Made by a program: the position numbers and the translations under genes
The notes under the pieces: generated by a model
Database searches by the model: none
Told to the model about the DNA's origin: nothing
What the model saw: only the letters and a program-made list of their open reading frames with translations
In this document: piece after piece, positions 12,213-24,976 of the stretch
How the letters are laid out: the number at the start of each line of letters is the position of its first letter
Numbering within the stretch: position 1 is the first letter of the stretch
Origin: Kondoa subrosea
Lineage: Eukaryota
Length of the DNA stretch: 64,000 nt
Assembly (NCBI GenBank): GCA_039545335.1
Contig: BCIN01000001.1
Coordinates: 2,917,136-2,981,135 of the forward strand
Direction of reading: 5' to 3'

Positions 12213-12617
12213 ACGAAATGTTTCGTCGCTCAGCTGTTCGCAAGGGCAATAAAGGTGTTGCGAAAGATTATTACAACGGAGAAGAAGAGATGCTACAGAC
12301 CACTCTCCATCATGCGATACTCACTGATATCGCTAGTGAGTATTGATTTGAATAATTTTTTTGGCTTCCAATTACCATCGATAGAAGTTGCTGGTGCTGC
12401 TTACAATTGCCGGACAAGACACAAGGGCATCACATCACTAGCTCTACTCTACATGAATTTATGGATCAGCGTTGCTGCTTTAGGTGCTTCGATGTACGGA
12501 CGGTATGTCTGCTTTGGTTTCTGATCTCCGCCCAGTGCCCGTCTTACAGGTCACTTGGTATATCATCATGGTTGGAGAGTACCGAGACAGGAAAATTCCG
12601 TTTGTCCCAGCATTTGA
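12213..12617 (+). pseudogene. 5'-truncated DUF2231-like membrane-protein gene fragment
   Basis: Spliced reading EMFRRSAVRKGNKG...LQTTLHHAILTDIAKVAGAAYNCRTRH...NLWISVAALGASMYGRARLTGHLVYHHGWRVPRQ resembles, from memory, the fungal DUF2231 pattern (TTxxHAxLND...AYNW...LGGxLVYxxGxGV). It has no start codon of its own. Confidence 0.6.
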
Positions 12618-12842
12618 TTGTCAGCTGATCCGGTCTGCAGGGTTCGGCGGATCTCAAGAAAGGTTGATCGATCAGAATTCCTGCTAGTCTATTGCGCTGA
12701 TTGCCTAGAATACAGATCAATAGGCGTTGCTCCCTTGTGTCCTTCGTCTGTATCAATGATGCGCAGCATTGTTGAAGCAGTGTAATGGGAATTATTTCAT
12801 CTTATAAAGCTCAACATTTACAATGCTCAATTCTATTATCTA

Positions 12843-14295
12843 CTAAGCTTGCTGCGCTGCATTACACAGATCAATATACTTCCTACGCGTAGTCTTTGCT
12901 TGTAATTCCCGTCTGATACTCATGATAAGAACATCATCACGAAGATGGTACGCTTGTCTGATTCGAGCCAACCGACCTCGACTCTCCTCCATACCTACTT
13001 CAACTCATCAATGCGAGGCGACATGAGTATAAAAGCAAAAGACTTACCTAAAAACTCGAAGCAGGTATCGGTTTCGTCTAATAAAAAATGCCAAACGCTG
13101 TCGGACATGTATCCAGCTTTGAGATCTGCGTTAATATGTGCATACAGAGTATGTCGCATCGCTTTAAACAGCTCTTCTTGATATCTTGAGAGGATGCTGT
13201 CGAAATGATCAGAAGTGCAGATGTAGCTGTAGCGCGAGGAACTCACCCATGACAAACGCAAGCATGGATCAAGTCCATTATATCGCTCGCTTCTTGCCAA
13301 CCAAGGGAAGTTTTCTTGTAGAATCCCGACTTCCGAAGATCCGTTAGGTGTTTGCTTGCGCTTGTTTTCCAGCCCTTCAAGCACCACCAAGCGTTACACT
13401 TTTCAGCCATAGCTTCCATCTCTGCCAATTTCATCGTAAACCATCTAAAGAGTTCTGACAAGATCAAGCCGATGATGTCCTGGATTTCCATCTCTTCGAC
13501 TATCTTGCCATACTTGTCACGCCGACTCATAATTCTCTTATTGAATGTCTTGCGAGCTTGACCTTTCAGTCTGCTATCTTCCTTTTTAGACATACTTGCG
13601 TGTGCTTTGGCAGTGCTTGCTAGAGTTTGACTTGCTTCATTCTCTTCAGCAAGACTTGAGCTGTTGTCTGAATCTCTGCTTGTCGCAAAAGAACCAGCTG
13701 GTGAATCACTTTTCGCGCTACCAACGCCAGTAGTTGATGCGGGTTGACCGGGGTACTTGAACACATCGTTCTCTTCAAAGCCTGATTTTTTATGTGAGCA
13801 AAGTTGTAGAGCGGTGCAAAGTGTACACTTACGTTTCTGCGATAAATCAGGCGAGGCCTCGTATCCGCTAGAAGGTGCAATAGATGATGGTACGTGTCGA
13901 AAATGAGTTTTCCCTTTATTCAAGGGTGTTTGAGGATCACGGGACGTCAAGAGATCGACTTCAGCAGGAGCTGGCAAAATTTGCTGCACTGGTGAAGGTT
14001 CTTGATTGATGCCGCTAGAGGAGTGATTGCGCTTGCTTGTGAAGGACACAAAGGCGGCTTTGGCTTTGGCTTTAAGGTCGGCCAGTCGACTAGTTGGTGA
14101 CAGCTCTTGATTATCATTTGTTTCTGCTGCATCGCTTTGCTGCACTGGTGGATCTTCCAGTTTAGATCTTTGATTTGGCGGCGAGCGATCTTGGTCTAGC
14201 ACTTGAGATGGATCAGAGGGTCGTCCTCTTTTGGTCTTCCATTTGCTAGGATGGGCAGAAGGAGGCGAAGAAGTGGATTTGCGAAGGAAACTCAT
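12843..14295 (-). CDS. Orphan protein (~430 aa): disordered Ser/Pro-rich N-terminus with KRGRP motif, helical C-terminal domain; 3 introns
   Basis: 350-aa ORF containing a 51-nt in-frame intron. Two further canonical introns (gtgagt..cag, gtaagt..tag) join ILSRYQEELF... and GMEESRGRLARIRQAY...AAQQA*. Confidence 0.7.
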
Positions 14296-15327
14296 GCTCT
14301 ACGAAAAGTTGAGTCGAAGAAGAGTGACTAAGCTTGAAAGACAGCAGGGGCAGGCAAGAAGCACAAAGTTTGCGGAAGAGACAGAAACGAGAGATGGGAA
14401 AGCCTGAATAGAATTCACAGAAGTCACAGCTTAGAATTGGGGGACTAATCTTGATCGAATTGCGCGTAGTCATTCGTTGCCTAAGATCTGATATATTATG
14501 TAGAAGAAAAAAACGCATGGGGCACGAAGGCTAGCTGAGAGCGCGTTGGCTGTTATCGCCAGCCAACCAGCAAATTATAAGCTTTCAAACGGCGTAACTG
14601 AAGGTTCAAAAGTGGCTGGTCAGGACAAAGAATCGAATTTGCAATTGTTGCCTCTTGTCCTGCTCCATGACTTTTCTTCACTCTCTAAAAAGGTCGACGA
14701 CAACACTGCAACAGCTGATATGCATGATGCAAGTAACATGCGCAGACAGTAAGCTCATTATCTGACGCATTGCAAACTATCGCTAATTCCTGCCATATGC
14801 CATGACAGGGGCATGTACACAACAGACGAGCCTCGCTGATTTGAGTAGCCAACGTGGGGGCTTCTTCTGGGGTCTTCTTAATAACCGCGCGCTTACAAAA
14901 TCGGCGAAAGCTACTCTGCTGTGCAAGAAGCGAGAGAATAGAGACTGATGAGATCAGTTCTCCTCTTTGCTTCTTCCTTTGGACGACATGGACGACCGTC
15001 AGCTTCTCACGACTTGGACGACTGGACAACAAGGGGAATTGTGACTTGACATGGTAGCAAGTTCGCAATTCCTTTTCTGATTTGCAGCAAGTTGGGAGAA
15101 GGAGGATGTATTGTATAGTATTGAAATTGGATTGTATGAGATTAAGAAAAGAGATTCGCCTGACTTTCTTCTTGTTTCCTGCTCACTTTCTGGCTTTCCC
15201 TTTGTTCTGTTTCTTCTGTCTCCCTTTTGCATGCCTCCATGCTGTGACATCAGCTTGCACTGCGATCAGGCAAAGGCCGTACGTCGGTGCTCTGCTCAGC
15301 TGGAAGATAATTGTGTCCAAAAGAGCA

Positions 15328-15657
15328 GAGTCAAGAACATACGACCAAGTCCTGATACGCCAAAGGAAGCATAAAGTACTCTATTGACGTCCGGAGGTCT
15401 AGAGACTATTGAGTCTTAGCATTTGAGGTCAACGCATAGACTCACAATCCGCTAATGACATCTATTTTGCTGCTCAATACCGACAGAAAGAAAGTGTAGG
15501 CTGCTGTATCGTCAGAAGAGTGTATGTAGAGTCTGACCATGCGTACGATTGACATCTGTAGGCAAACTAGACGTGGTGATCAGACCTTCGTCTTAAGCGG
15601 GATGCGCACAGCTCACTTAGCTATCTGATGAGCAAAGTCTTTGGCAATGCCATCCAT
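15328..15657 (-). pseudogene. 5' fragment (first four exons) of the 7933-10304 membrane gene, broken inside an intron
   Basis: Same exons MDGIAKDFAHQIAN-LPTDVNPY-TFFLSVLSSKIDVISG-LPPDVNRVLYASFGVSGLG. Similarity stops ~14 nt into the next intron. Confidence 0.75.
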
Positions 15658-17531
15658 TCCATGAAAGAGGGATCTCCCAGATCGTCGTAGCAGAGAACAT
15701 CACACGAGATAGCCAAGTCTGACGTAGAAGAAGCTAGATTTACACCATACACTTCTTTCTTGCTCTCGTGCCGAGAATATCAGACACGCTATCACGAACA
15801 GGAGGCCACGGAGCTGAAGCTGCTACGCATAGCAATGGTCGATGGGATAAATGAATGGAAGCAATGATAGCAGGTCGGAATTGGACAGTACAAGAGATTT
15901 TATCGCAAAGACTGCAGTAGCTTGCTGTCAAAGTCGACTGTATTGGATCCGATGTCATCGCTGTACATCAACTGCAATTGCAGGTGCCCGCTCGCGAATA
16001 AACGCGATGACCGAAATTGTTGGAGTTGTTCACGAACCGTGTCGTGTTTCGTGTTTGCAGCTCGCGTCAAGATGGCTGTGGATGTGCAACAACAACCTGC
16101 TCAAGCCTTGGATCAGCTTGGAACGGGCAAGAGTGTCGAGCAGCAGAAAATCGACCAGAGCCTAATTTCAAAAAATCTAAGCAATCTCAGTGCCTTCAAT
16201 ACTCTCGAAGAACTGCTCAAGAACCGTGTTCGCTTCACTCCTGCTAAATTGACAGAAGATAGTCAACCAATCCCTTACCAAGCGATCAATGTTGGCCTCA
16301 AGAAACCTGCTACTGCAATTGTATCAGGAGCTAGCCTTACTCCTGCATCTGCGCCTGTAGCATCTACTTCAAAATTACCATCCCTGAAGGGAAAAGCCAA
16401 AGAAACGTCAAGTCAGGAATTCGAAATTTCTTCAGATTGGCCTAGAAATTATGGTGCATCCATTGCAGGTCTCGGTAATATGGGTATGTCATTCTTTCCG
16501 TCCGAGATAGCTATCTATGTCTGAGACCGGTTCATAAGGCAATACGTGCTACCTCAATTCCACTTTACAAGCTCTCGTGCATACTCCCAGTCTCGTTCAC
16601 GCTCTTCTTCAGTCAAACGCTCATCCTCGCGATACTTGTCTAGTAGCCAACAACAACAAGCTTTGCGCTTTGTGTGAGATCCATGCTCTGATAGTTCGAG
16701 CTTTTGAACAAAAGCATCGACATGGTGAACCTCGACGGATTGTTCATGGACTAAAATGTATGTCTAATGGTTCATCTCGTCACTACTTGTTGCTTAAGAA
16801 TTTGCAGCTATCGCCCCTCATTTCCGCAGCTTCAGGCAAGAAGACGCTCATGAATTCTTGCGATTTTTTATGGATGCAATGCAGAATAGTTGTCTAGCTC
16901 AGATTGGGCCAAACGCATTGTACGCAATCGATTTCAATCAATTCCCTAGCACTCTAACGATAATTTGCATATAGGAAAGCCAATCCGCAACTGAAAGAGC
17001 AAACATTAATACATCGAATATTTGGAGGTCGATTTCGTTCAAGAGTATTGTGTTCGAAATGTCATCACACTTCTGATACATTCGATACAATGTTGGATTT
17101 ATCTCTCGACGTAAACAACTGTCATCACATTAAAGACGCTTTGGAACGTTTTGTCAAACCTGATCATTTGAACGGGAAGAACAAGTACAAGTGTGAGAAA
17201 TGCAAGAAATTGGTGGATGCTACCAAATCACTTTCGATTGATAAAGCACCTCATGTGCTTACGGTCCATATGAAGCGCTTCACCCCTACTGGAAGAAAGA
17301 TCAGCGGTCAAGTGTATTTTGATGAGTATTTGTCGTTGGGTGGTGTGATGTCTGATGATGATGAGGTGCGGGAACGATTGGATACATTGCTACAACGGCA
17401 GCTTATATACCAATTTTTCTTCCACAGAACCCTCGTTATCGCTTAGATGGCATTATTTCCCATTCTGGTTCAGGTCCACATTCAGGACATTACTATTCTC
17501 ATTGTCGGAGTTCGGACAATCATTGGTATCG
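15328..17531 (+). repeat. Direct repeat copy A' (partner 9970-12175)
   Basis: Direct alignment with copy A. Confidence 0.97.
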
Positions 17532-18108
17532 ATTAGACGATTCAAGCGTCAGTCCAATGAATAATGGTGTCAAACCAATGTTGGGCATGAAAACGGCTTA
17601 CATTCTCATTTACTCTCGTATCGATAATTCTTCTTCATCACCTCGAATCGGTAACAACAAGAGGAAACATGTTGATGAAGAGGAAGAAGATTTAGGTGAA
17701 AGTCTACCTGATGAAAAGAAACAATTCATTGGACCGCAAAGACCTCTTTCTTCTCCTCCCAAACAAGCTCCCGCAAACCCATTCTCAATGAAACATTCTT
17801 CACCCAATTTACCATCCGCATCGAAAACTTTAGGTGAACGACGAACGGAAATGAATTTAGCTGCTCCTGCTGCCAATTTCTATTCTGAAGATCGAGGTGG
17901 AAATAATCAGAACAAGAAAATACATCAGATGAAGAAAAGGGATGGTCAGAATCCTTACTTGAGTAACCCTCACAATCCGAATTATCCTAGGAATAGGAAT
18001 GGGTCAAGAGGCGGAGGTGGTCATCATCAGGGTCAGGGTGGAAGAGGTGGTCATAACAATCGACCGAGAACCATTCATGATAGTAATAAGAAGAGACGTT
18101 TCAATTAA
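16072..18108 (+). CDS. Ubiquitin-specific protease (peptidase C19, USP36/USP42-like), full length
   Basis: GLGNMGNTCYLNSTLQAL, RQEDAHEFLRF, IFGGRFRSRVLC, NKYKCEKCKK, LTVHMKRF, HSGSGPHSGHYY, WYRLDDSSV, AYILIY, and a basic/Gly-rich nucleolar-type tail. Confidence 0.93.
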
Positions 18109-18368
18109 GAAGAAGTAATAGCATTCAGGTGTGAACTGCAATGTGAAACTACTGAGCGATTGATAACATGTCAGATGCGCCTTGTGTTTGAATTTCATTA
18201 CGAAAATGTGACCTTGTTGCTCTCAAACGTTTCAAAGTTGAATATACCCATCTATAGAGCAGTGCTCTTTCTTTCGCTACCTGACTGTCATACGCCTTCT
18301 ACTCTAATGGCTGTTTAAATTTGCGACTTGATCCTCTCACGCGAAATCATCGTACACACTGAATACAG

Positions 18369-21184
18369 ATGGTTGGCTTCTCTGCTGTACGACAAAGCAT
18401 CTATGCAGCTAGAAAGTCTGTGTTTGGCCTCGCTGGGCGAACGAGCGATGATAGCTTTCACGATGGGTCTTTTGATCCAAGAAGAGGTTCGAACTATGGC
18501 ATGAAAGGTTTCCAGCAAATGCACGATGATGATGAGGATAGCTATGTTAAAAGGGAACCTACGCATCTGCAGAGAAATAAGACGGAAAGGAAAAGGTTGC
18601 AAGGTCTTATGCGAAGTGATTCTCTTGCGAAATCGGAAATCTCTTTGGTTCCTCGACCGACTACGAAAGACGCCAATTCACTCAAAGAACGCTTCAATGT
18701 TTGGATGATCAATGAAGGGTCGAGACAGGTCTTTGTCGCTGTATGGATCTTGTGCGTCTCGTTTATCATGTTTGCATACGTGCAATGATGATGTTGGACG
18801 ATGCACAGCGGTCAATGCCTGATGTTCGCCTTTGCTTTCCTTCACTATCGATTCAAGGACAACCTCTCAGGCGCAAGAAGACAATTTGGGGTAACTTATG
18901 AACTAGCAAGATCCGCAGCATTCGTTCTACAATTCGATGTTGCTGTTATTCTTTTACCAATATGTCGGAACCTCATCAGCTACCTTCGGCGTACACCTCT
19001 CAATTCAGTCATTCCTTTTGATAAGAACGTCACTTTTCACAAACTCGTCGCTTGGAGTATGGTAGTCTGGACGATCGTTCATGTTGTGGCGCATTTGTCA
19101 GTGGTGTGGGACTTCTTTGGTGGCAGCAGCTGAATGTCTCTTTTGCTACTGACAGTGTCAACTTCGCCAAACTTACTCATAGAGCGCATTCTGGCTTTGT
19201 TGGCTACCTCAGAGCGCATTTCACTACCGGGCCAGGTCTGTCTGACTATTCTCATTGCCTTTTACGATCCTGACATCTGTCTAGGAGCGACTGGTTGGTT
19301 TATGCTGTTATTCTTTGGAGTAATGATCTGGTTCGCTTTAGAAAAGGTTTGTGCATATTGATTCTTCATTTCGCAATTCTCAGTGCGATGCAGAGAAAAC
19401 GTGCCAATTTCGAACGGTTTTGGTACACTCATCATCTCTTTATACCTTTCTTTGTCTGTTGGCAAATTCACGGCATGTTGTAAGTCTTTGAGGCTGTCAT
19501 TCGATTTCCGGATAGCAGCTGACCTGTTACTCACAGCTGCATGATCCCACCTGATGATGGAATCTGTTCTTCTGCTGCCTATGCTGTATTCTGGAAATAC
19601 TGGCTCTTTGGCGGTGTGATTTATACAGCGGAAAGAATTTTCAGAGAATATCGAGCAAGACAAGCGACCTATATCTGTTCGTCTCTCATTCTACTAAGCA
19701 ATAAGTTGTGCTAATGTCGCGATTATAGCTAAGGTCATTCAGCATCCCAGTCGAGTCATTGAGCTGCAAATAAAGAAACCAGCTATTACTACTCGACCTG
19801 GTCAATACATCTTCCTCAATTGTCCCGAAGTGTCGTACTTGTGAGCTTCGTATCATCTAGGTCTTAACTATCAACTGATTCGTTGCTTAGTCAATGGCAT
19901 CCTTGTTCGTCATAATTCCTCTGCTCAATGCAACTGATTCTAATTTTGTTTCATGTAGTCACACTCTCTTCAGCACCACAAGAAGCTTTCATCTCCGTAC
20001 ATATAAGAATAGCAGGCGATTTCACCAAAGCGTTAGCTACAGCTTTAGGTTGTGACGCAGATCAAAAAGCTGGCAAACCAATGGATATGAAAGAACTTGA
20101 TGATGATTACAAAGAAAATGGAGCGATAGCGCATGCACATGAAGTTGCTCCGCCCTTAAATAAACCTCTACCGAGGATCCAGATTGATGGACCTTTTGGG
20201 TCTGCTAGTGAAGATTATTACAAATTCGTAAGTGTTTTTGCCGAGCTGGACGGAAAGAGAGGATGATGTTAATAATAATATGAATAGGAAACGATTATGC
20301 TTTGTGGTGCTGGGATTGGAGTAACACCCTTTAGCAGGTAAGTGGCAATGAGACTCGAATTGGTTTCGATAATCAATACGGTTCTGTTGCTGGTTACAGT
20401 ATTCTCAAGAGTATTTGGTACACTTATAGTATGCCAAGCGCAAGAAAGAATCGGTTGAAGAAAGTGTACTTCTTTTGGATTTGTCGGTGCGTCGATCTGC
20501 TCTTATAGCAATACCGCTATTAGGGGCTGAGCAGTACGCACAGTGATTACGAAAGCTTCGAGTGGTTCGCTTCGCTCTTGTCGGCGATAGAAGAACAGGA
20601 TACCAATCATGTATGGATCTCATCTCGCGCTAATCGGCTTTGTGCTGATTCGTCAGATTCTGGTTCCATACAGTTCATCGAAATACACACCTGTTAGTCA
20701 TCACTTTAAATTGTCGGTCGATTTGTACTGATGGAAATTACAGATCTGACATACAAAGTCAAAGAAGACGAATTCACGAACATGTGAGAGAATATGATAT
20801 GCATCTGGAAGTGCAAGCTGACGGGTTGATATAGCATGGTCACTGATGTGGGAGGCGATCGAGATGTAGTCACGCGATTGAGGTCACCAACGCATTATGG
20901 TCGACCGCATTGGGACAAGATCTTTGGCAACGTCAAGGAAAAACATCCTGGAACTGATGTCGGGCTTTTCTACTGTGGACCAGCAGTGCTCGGAGCATCT
21001 CTGCATCAGTTTGTCTTCACTTCAATCATCTTAAACCACACTGATTTGAAATACTTCGCAGGTCTTGCAATAAGCATTCTGATGCGCATGAAGGAGGAAC
21101 TCATTTCCATTTTGGCAAGGAGGTGAGCCTGTTACTTGGTACTTTCGTCAGAATGCAGCTGAGAATCCACTGCAGAACTTCTGA
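18369..21184 (+). CDS. noxB: NADPH oxidase gp91phox homolog, NoxB type (many introns)
   Basis: N-terminal extension then RFNVWMINEG, LPICRNLIS, FHKLVAW, FERFWYTHHLF, PGQYIF, QWHPFTLSSAP, IDGPFGSASED, GAGIGVTPF, FYCGP, FGKENF*. Confidence 0.92.
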
Positions 21185-21465
21185 AAGTCGTTCAATTGTA
21201 TGAGGACCGTGTTGTAACAATTTCATTACGCATATATGCATTAGTATTTCCGAAGGGCGGGTCTCTTACCATATGGACAATTAGAGTGTGTATTGTATCT
21301 TTATCAACATTGAGCAACACGCGCTTTGACATGGCCGACTCGCTCGACGAGTTTTTCATTTCCAATTTTTTTCTTTCATTCGACGAGCCATAGTTCTGCC
21401 TGAGCTATCTCTGCTATTGCCTTCTACCTAATTAGTACTACTACCTTGCAACACTTAGACATCAA

Positions 21466-24224
21466 ATGCCACCTATCTCTGCATCAAAAGCTGCCAGGTT
21501 GGCAAAGAAAGCTGAAAAGAGTGGAATCAAATCCAATGGAGGTTCTTCAACCACAGCTTCAAGCTCAGTAGCAGGCTCTACAACAGGAACACCCATGACC
21601 AACACTTCTGCTGCTACCTCGGTTGAAGATTTGAACGAAATGGAAAAGCTCAAAATCGCCTTTGACAGATCTGGGTCTGGTGTTATGACTTCAGATGCTA
21701 TGTCGAGAGATATTCAAGCTATCAACTATACTTTGTCTTTTCATGGAAGAGTTTTGATTGAATCTGGTAACTTGACACTCAATTATGGTCAGAGGTCAGC
21801 CGAAGCTTCATAGCACCTTCAGGAGCTCTGTCTGACGCGCGGACGTAGATACGGTCTGCTGGGAGAGAATGGTAGCGGAAAGGTGAGCGAGCACTTTGGT
21901 TATGATCTGTTCGGTCTCAGCCAGTCTTTGAATCTTGACAGACCACTTTCCTGCAATCTTTGGCCGCCCGAGACATTGAGATTCCACAGCATATTGATGT
22001 ATGTGATCCACAAGGCTTCGCAAATCTATTGCTGAGCTAAGCGGCGCGCAAACAGATCTACCTCGTTCAAGGTGAAGTCGAACCAATGGACATTACCGCC
22101 ACCGAATATATTATCGCTTCAGCCAAAGCTAAAGTAGCGCGTTTGGAAAAGGAAGTAGAAGAACTTTCCATAGCAGACGTAGTGGACGATGTTCTTCTCG
22201 AATCCAAGTATGAAGAATTGGAAGAATTGGATCCCTCTACGTTTGAGTCGAAAGCGGCTGCTTTGCTACACGGTCTTGGTTTCGATCAAAAGATGATGGC
22301 CAAACATACTAAAGACATGTCTGGTGGTTGGAGAATGCGTGTAGCTTTGGCTAGAGCTTTATTCATCAAGCCTCATTTGCTTCTACTTGACGAACCTGTG
22401 CGTTGAAGCCTTTTCGTATACCTTAGTGGTATTGAGGTTGGTATTCTATGCACAGACCAATCACTTGGATTTGGAAGCTGTCGTCTGGCTCGAAGCATAT
22501 TTGGCAACATACAACCATATTTTGGTTATCACTTCGCATTCAGCAGATTTCATGGATAGCGTATGCACAAACATTGTGAGTCAAGTATCTCCTCTAGGTC
22601 AGCGACCTTTCACTGAGCAAAATGTCTTGCAGATGGATTTGACCCACGACAAGAAACTTCTTTACGTGAGTTTTACATTGGCTTTCAGCTGTGTCTGCAT
22701 TCCCTGAGCACTGCCTTTCGCACAGTATGGTGGTAACTATTCGACCTATGTCCGAACTCGAGCGGAAAACGAAACCAACCAAATGAAGGCGTATGGCAAA
22801 CAACAGGATGAAATTCAGCATAGTGAGTCAGCATACTTTCTCGCGCTATTGCAGCGCTGAAAGTTCCCCTGACTCACAGTCAAGAAGTTCATTGCTTCCG
22901 CTGGTACTTATGCCAATTTGGTCAAACAAGCTAAATCTAAGCAGAAGGCGAGTCGGACTCACTTACTTGCATACTACATGTTCAAATATGATGTCCATCG
23001 CAGATCATTGACAAGATGGAAGCCGCTGGTCTTATTCAACCTGTGCACACTGCAAGAGTCCTTCGCTTCAATTTCGAAGATGTCGGAAAACTACCGCCGC
23101 CTATCATTGCTTTCAGTGATGTTGCTTTCTCTTACGATGGCGATATGAAGAATGCTCTTTACAAAGATCTGTCCCTCGGTATTGAGTGAGTCAATATCAG
23201 TGCAAACTCATTTGAGTTGGTTTGTGAGACTTGAATTCACAGTATGGACTCGCGTGTGGCTATTGTGGGAAAGAACGGTACTGGAAAATCAACTCTTCTC
23301 AACTTGATTACTGGTCAATTACAACCGACGCAAGGTACAATTTCAAAGCACTCTGGTCTGAAATTAGGTCAGTGAAGGCAAGAGCTCTGTCAGCCAGTTC
23401 CTGCGCTAAAATCTTCCTTCTTTTGACAGCCAAATACTCGCAACATTCTGCTGATCAATTACCATACGAGAGCAGTCCTTTAGAGTACTTCGAAGCTCTC
23501 TACAAGCAGAAATTCCCAGAACGTGATATTCAAGCCTGGCGTCAACAATTAGGTCGATTCGGTTTGTCCGGAGCGCATCAAACTTCGCCTATCAAGCAAT
23601 TATCCGATGGGCTGAGGAATCGAGTCGTTTTCGCTCAATTGGCTGTAGAAAGACCTCATGTTCTGCTTCTTGGTATGTTTACTCCGATTTTGGAAGGTAG
23701 CGAAATGAAGCTGATAGACTTGGAATAGATGAACCTACCAATCATTTGGATATGGAATCTATTGATGCTTTGGCAGCAGCAATAAAAGTCTACGAAGGTA
23801 TGATATTCGTTGCGTCGCTCCTAGAGCGCAAGCTGATTAACTTTTGACTTGTAGGAGGAGTCGCTGTTGTCTCACACGATTTCAGGTTAGCAACAAAAAA
23901 GTGATAGCTAGTTTTATGTTCAAATAAGTGCTTGCTGTACAGGTTGATCTCTCAAATCGCAGAAGAACTATGGGAAGTCAAGGACAAAAAGATCGTCAAT
24001 TTGACAAAGGTAAATTGATCTTGCGCGAGATGTGACCAAAGCTTACATCAAAACCCTCATAGGCTGGCATTGACATCACCGAATATAAAAAGCAGCTCAT
24101 GAAGGCATCCGCTGCATCTATCGAAAAGGCCAGACGTGAGTTGCATGGAACCATAGCATTGCAACTGCTTACATTATATCGATACACAGTGGTCAGCAAG
24201 AACTCTACCAAAGGAGCAGCATAA
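21466..24224 (+). CDS. ARB1: ABCF family ATPase Arb1/ABCF2
   Basis: [74 protein letters not shown]. Confidence 0.93.
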
Positions 24225-24413
24225 AGCAGCACGACTGTCATTGGCGCTTGATTACATTAGATACCGCTTCCTGTGCAAGATACCGCTGTCTTTTTCTTCG
24301 GGCATCTACTTTTAGAGTTTCGTCTTTCTGGGTCGAGATTGATTTGCATAGACCAGCAGCTTGTATTATTCACAATCATCATCATTGAGTTGAGAAGATG
24401 CAAATGCTAAATT

Positions 24414-24976
24414 GTTCATAGTCCCATAATATTCTGCGAAATAAACTCCTTCTCATCATTGCCCATCTTGCTCATCGTGTCATCGTACGTTCCTGCGGAA
24501 TATCAAATAATACATATTAGCCTGGTTATTCTCTGTATGCGCGTAGCGTTACACTCACAATACAGCTGAAACGCTAGATCGGTCTCTCTCAGATTTTCGC
24601 CCTCAATTCGCGACACAAAGCAGGCGATCCCGGTAACTAGAAAACTACCTGCTTCTTGTCTTCGGCACTTGAAGTTTATTATCGCATTGGCTCCGAGTCG
24701 GGCAGCTCTGTCCCATCGGCTTAGTCAGCTTCGGCAGAAGACTATGAATTCCACACACATAACCTGCAAGCGTGCAAAAGCTTCAGCCATAAGTTGATCT
24801 TCGAGACGTGTCGGTGGTGATCCACCATCCTCAGAATTCGAAAGGCTGAAGCGCCGTATTGCGAAAGGGTTCATAGGGCTGCTCGATTGGGCTGCGATCT
24901 TCTCGATGACAAAGTTAATCTGATAGTTTGGTACTCTCGAGGAGTTATAGACGCCGATGAATTGTGTATCGTTCAT
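24414..24976 (-). CDS. Small YbjQ/UPF0145-like protein; both ends uncertain
   Basis: LMAEAFARL followed after an intron by RAARLGANAIINFK...FLVTGIACFV, resembling the YbjQ A..GANA(V/I)I...GTAV pattern. Confidence 0.5.

Noticed and set aside
14981..15030. Several GGACGAC-like heptamers
   Set aside because: Short, irregular and without spacer structure. Not CRISPR-like and not interpretable.
12176..15327. Insert B as a transposon (LTR element or Helitron), with the 2.2 kb repeats as LTRs
   Set aside because: The repeats are host gene sequence with introns and lack TG..CA ends. No gag, pol, transposase or RepHel motifs and no terminal inverted repeats were seen.
15380..15390. Apparent CAG>TAG nonsense change in the duplicated membrane-gene fragment
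   Set aside because: In the better-supported frame (PPDVNRVLY) the change is AAC>AAT, which is synonymous.
7933..18108. Mating-type locus (7TM gene plus rearrangement)
   Set aside because: The membrane protein shows no Ste3 motifs that I recognise. No CAAX pheromone precursor or homeodomain gene was found.
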